The notes under the pieces were generated by a model, which searched no databases, was not told where the DNA came from, and was given only the letters and a program-made list of their open reading frames with translations. Of a stretch of 64,000 nucleotides of DNA, positions 61,538 to 64,000 are shown piece after piece. The stretch is from Trichosphaerium sp. ATCC 40318 (Eukaryota; Protista; Tubulinea). Position 1 is the stretch's first letter. Every line of letters starts with the position of its first letter. Location: positions 186,001 to 250,000 of the forward strand of contig JALMLS010000374.1 in assembly GCA_038496445.1 (NCBI GenBank), read 5' to 3'. Made by a program: the position numbers and the translations under genes.

Positions 61538-64000
61538 ATGTCCAACTATTACAAATACACAACCATACCAAAAGGCATCAAAGTAGTAAACTTTAAAGAG
61601 GCTAGCGTGACGGATGGTAAAGATTATTTTGCTGGTACGTATTGATTGCCTGTTTTTGGCCTTAATTTGCGTTTTCCCGTTGAACTATTAGCGGTATATG
61701 TTATTTAGAGGTCCTTTTGCTTCTCTTGTTATTAGTTTAACTGATTCGTTTCGATCAGAGTTTGAAGAAGAGCACAAGCTTAATGAAAGCCCTGACGCGT
61801 TAAAAACCGATAAACCAGTCCTGTCAGTAAAGGGTATGCATCTAACGTCATTGACATTTTGCTAACAAATTGTTTACACCAGTTATCGCATGCCAAGAGC
61901 TTATGGCTGTCGATCAAAGCACACTAGCAGACGCATACGTCATGCTAGAATTGCATGGCACAAAATTCAAAACAAAAACTGTGAAAAAGACTCTTGAGCC
62001 TATATTTAAACAAACATTCGTGTTGTACGCACTTTAAAGCAAGAAAAATCCTTTTTGACACCAAAAAACCGTTTTATGACTTTTTAAACTGCTCTAACAA
62101 AATCATAGTGACATTGATCCTAATAAATACAATGAAATGGCTGTATACGCTTATTCTAGCGCAAAATTACGAGCAGATGATTTTCTTGGTGTGGTGTATT
62201 TAGATCTCGCTGATATATTAAAAGATAGTCCAAAGGTATGACACGTGAGAGAGATGGAGTACCAGCTTTCATATTTTTTTTTTTCGCGTTAAAGTTTTTT
62301 TTTTGTATTTTTTTGTACGCCTCAAGAGGTGTTTTACGATATTGCTGTGTTTTAATATTTACGTACCTATAGGTAAAGGACTGGTATGAGTTTACACCAA
62401 GGACATGGGGCGAACCTGTGCGTGGTGAAGTCCATCTCAAGTTCGAAACAAATACTAAATTAATACCTCAAATTCCTGTTCGGTATGTCCTTGTTTTTTG
62501 TGCCTTTGGTTATTGCAATGATAAATAATACTTTTCTTTCTAGCGAGCGTAAAAAGGGTATTTTCGATTTAGATCGTAAGTCACGTGATTTTTTGGTTTT
62601 TTTTTTATTTTAACGACAAGCTGATTGTTTCTTAGTCACGGAGGCTCAGCGTGTTGAGATACTTAGACCAGAGGCTAAACCGAGTCATGCACACTTGGTA
62701 CAAGTGACCAAAACAGGGGAATCGTTATTAAAGTTTATAAAACTACTTACAGGTACGAGGCCAGTTTATACTCTGTATGTTGAAAACCAGAAATATGGTT
62801 CTTTATTACGTTTACTTCACGGCTACTCTATATCTTCCGAAATACATTTTTCGCTAAATTTGCTACAAATGAATTTCAGCGCCAATCAAAAAAATCACTG
62901 ACTTTTTGGAAAGATGCAGAAAGTTAAACTTGTAACTTGTTTCTCACTTCTTTTTTAAGTTATCTCCTCCGCTTGTCTAATCCATTTTTAGCTGACATGA
63001 CATCTGCTGCTGATGAAAAACCTGCATCTGTAGCTCCTGTTACCACTCCAGAAAAGAGGAAACGAATCAAGTACGTGTTATGAAGAAGACCAAGCTCTTA
63101 TTATATATTGGTTCTTTATACCTATTTCTTTTAATTTATATGGTTCCATTTAAATCGTTCGCATATGTATTATATAGCTAGAAGGCGGAAAAACACGTTA
63201 CGAAACTCATTCTTGAGAGGGTGGGCATCTTTTTTTTTTACCGTCCTTTGCAGACATTTTAAGTAAGGCTTCTTTAAGATAGGAGTACAAATTGACATTT
63301 TTTGTCTTTTTCAAATGTACCATTTGTACTCTTATTGTAGTGTGTGCGCAATCTAGCGTTTATATTCTAATTTAACACGTTGTTCGTTTATATGTTGCAT
63401 ATAAATGAAGTAGCCTTGCTTATTGTCTTGTCAATCGCATAGATTAAAAAGGTTATTAACAATACCTTTCAGTTCTTTGTTCCGATCAAGAAAGCCTAAA
63501 GGACCTCAATGGTCTTTTGTCATGGAAGAGGATTGGTCAAAAGATAGCGGTGGTAAAGATGAACCAGTTGTATCAGAGGGTGCTTCTGGATTACCCGAAG
63601 AGGTACTTGAGTGTCATAACAGAACAGATCGACTAACTTTTTTGTATTAGCTTTTGTACAATGTTTTTCTCTTCTTGAATGCAATGCAGAGGATCAATGC
63701 TTCAAGAGTTTGCAGGCAATGGTGTCGTATTTTGGGTGATAGGTAGGTTTCTACCACAGTAGTTGATTAAGCGTTAACATACTTGTTTTAGTTCCCTAAA
63801 GGCGCCTGCAGTAGAATGTTTAGAGCTCATACAACTGGTACATAATTTTTTTTTTGTAGGTGTTGTTCACTAAAAATCTCTTTTAGGCCGCTGCAAATAA
63901 TGATCCCAATACAATAAACAAAGCGTGTGAAAAGATATTACCTATTATTGTATGTCTTGATAATATAGTAGCGTGGAACGCTACAGGATACAGTGAGTTA
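61538..64000 (+). CDS. C2-domain plus F-box protein, runs off the window end
   Basis: VIACQELMAVD...ADAYVML...KTKTVKKTLEPIFKQTF...DDFLGVV...RGEVHLKF; SGLPEE|LLYNVFLFL...ASRVCRQW. Confidence 0.8.

Noticed and set aside
1-64000. tRNA, rRNA, transposase or reverse transcriptase genes
   Set aside because: No diagnostic motifs seen by eye; a tRNAscan-SE or Rfam run would be needed to exclude them

Overview
AT-rich (roughly 35% GC by eye), gene-dense eukaryotic nuclear DNA using the standard code, with many short spliceosomal introns (mostly 45-100 nt) whose donors are often GTACGT/GTGCGT. The gene content (34-kDa actin-bundling protein, villin headpiece, TKL kinase, RhoGEF) fits an amoeboid protist, probably Amoebozoa (inference). 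About 25 genes are present. Intron-rich genes alternate with intronless accessory islands: three F-box/LRR genes, a fourth F-box gene, a BCS1-like pseudogene, a kinase fragment, orphan ORFs and a MITE. Main signals: (1) the palindrome CACGTG is about 10-fold over-represented (66 copies counted by eye) and forms the 5' splice site of at least 8 GC-AG introns (GCACGTG donors); (2) F-box/LRR genes are built from homogenised scaffolds with hypervariable, re-used cassettes, with decayed LRR pieces nearby; (3) a clathrin terminal domain is fused to two EH domains with no leg; (4) an intronic C/D-box RNA candidate is complementary to U6; (5) a spliced cationic 8-Cys secreted peptide lies between two repeats whose cores are inverted relative to each other. 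All gene models were spliced by hand, so some boundaries are approximate, and family calls come from motif recognition, not database searches.
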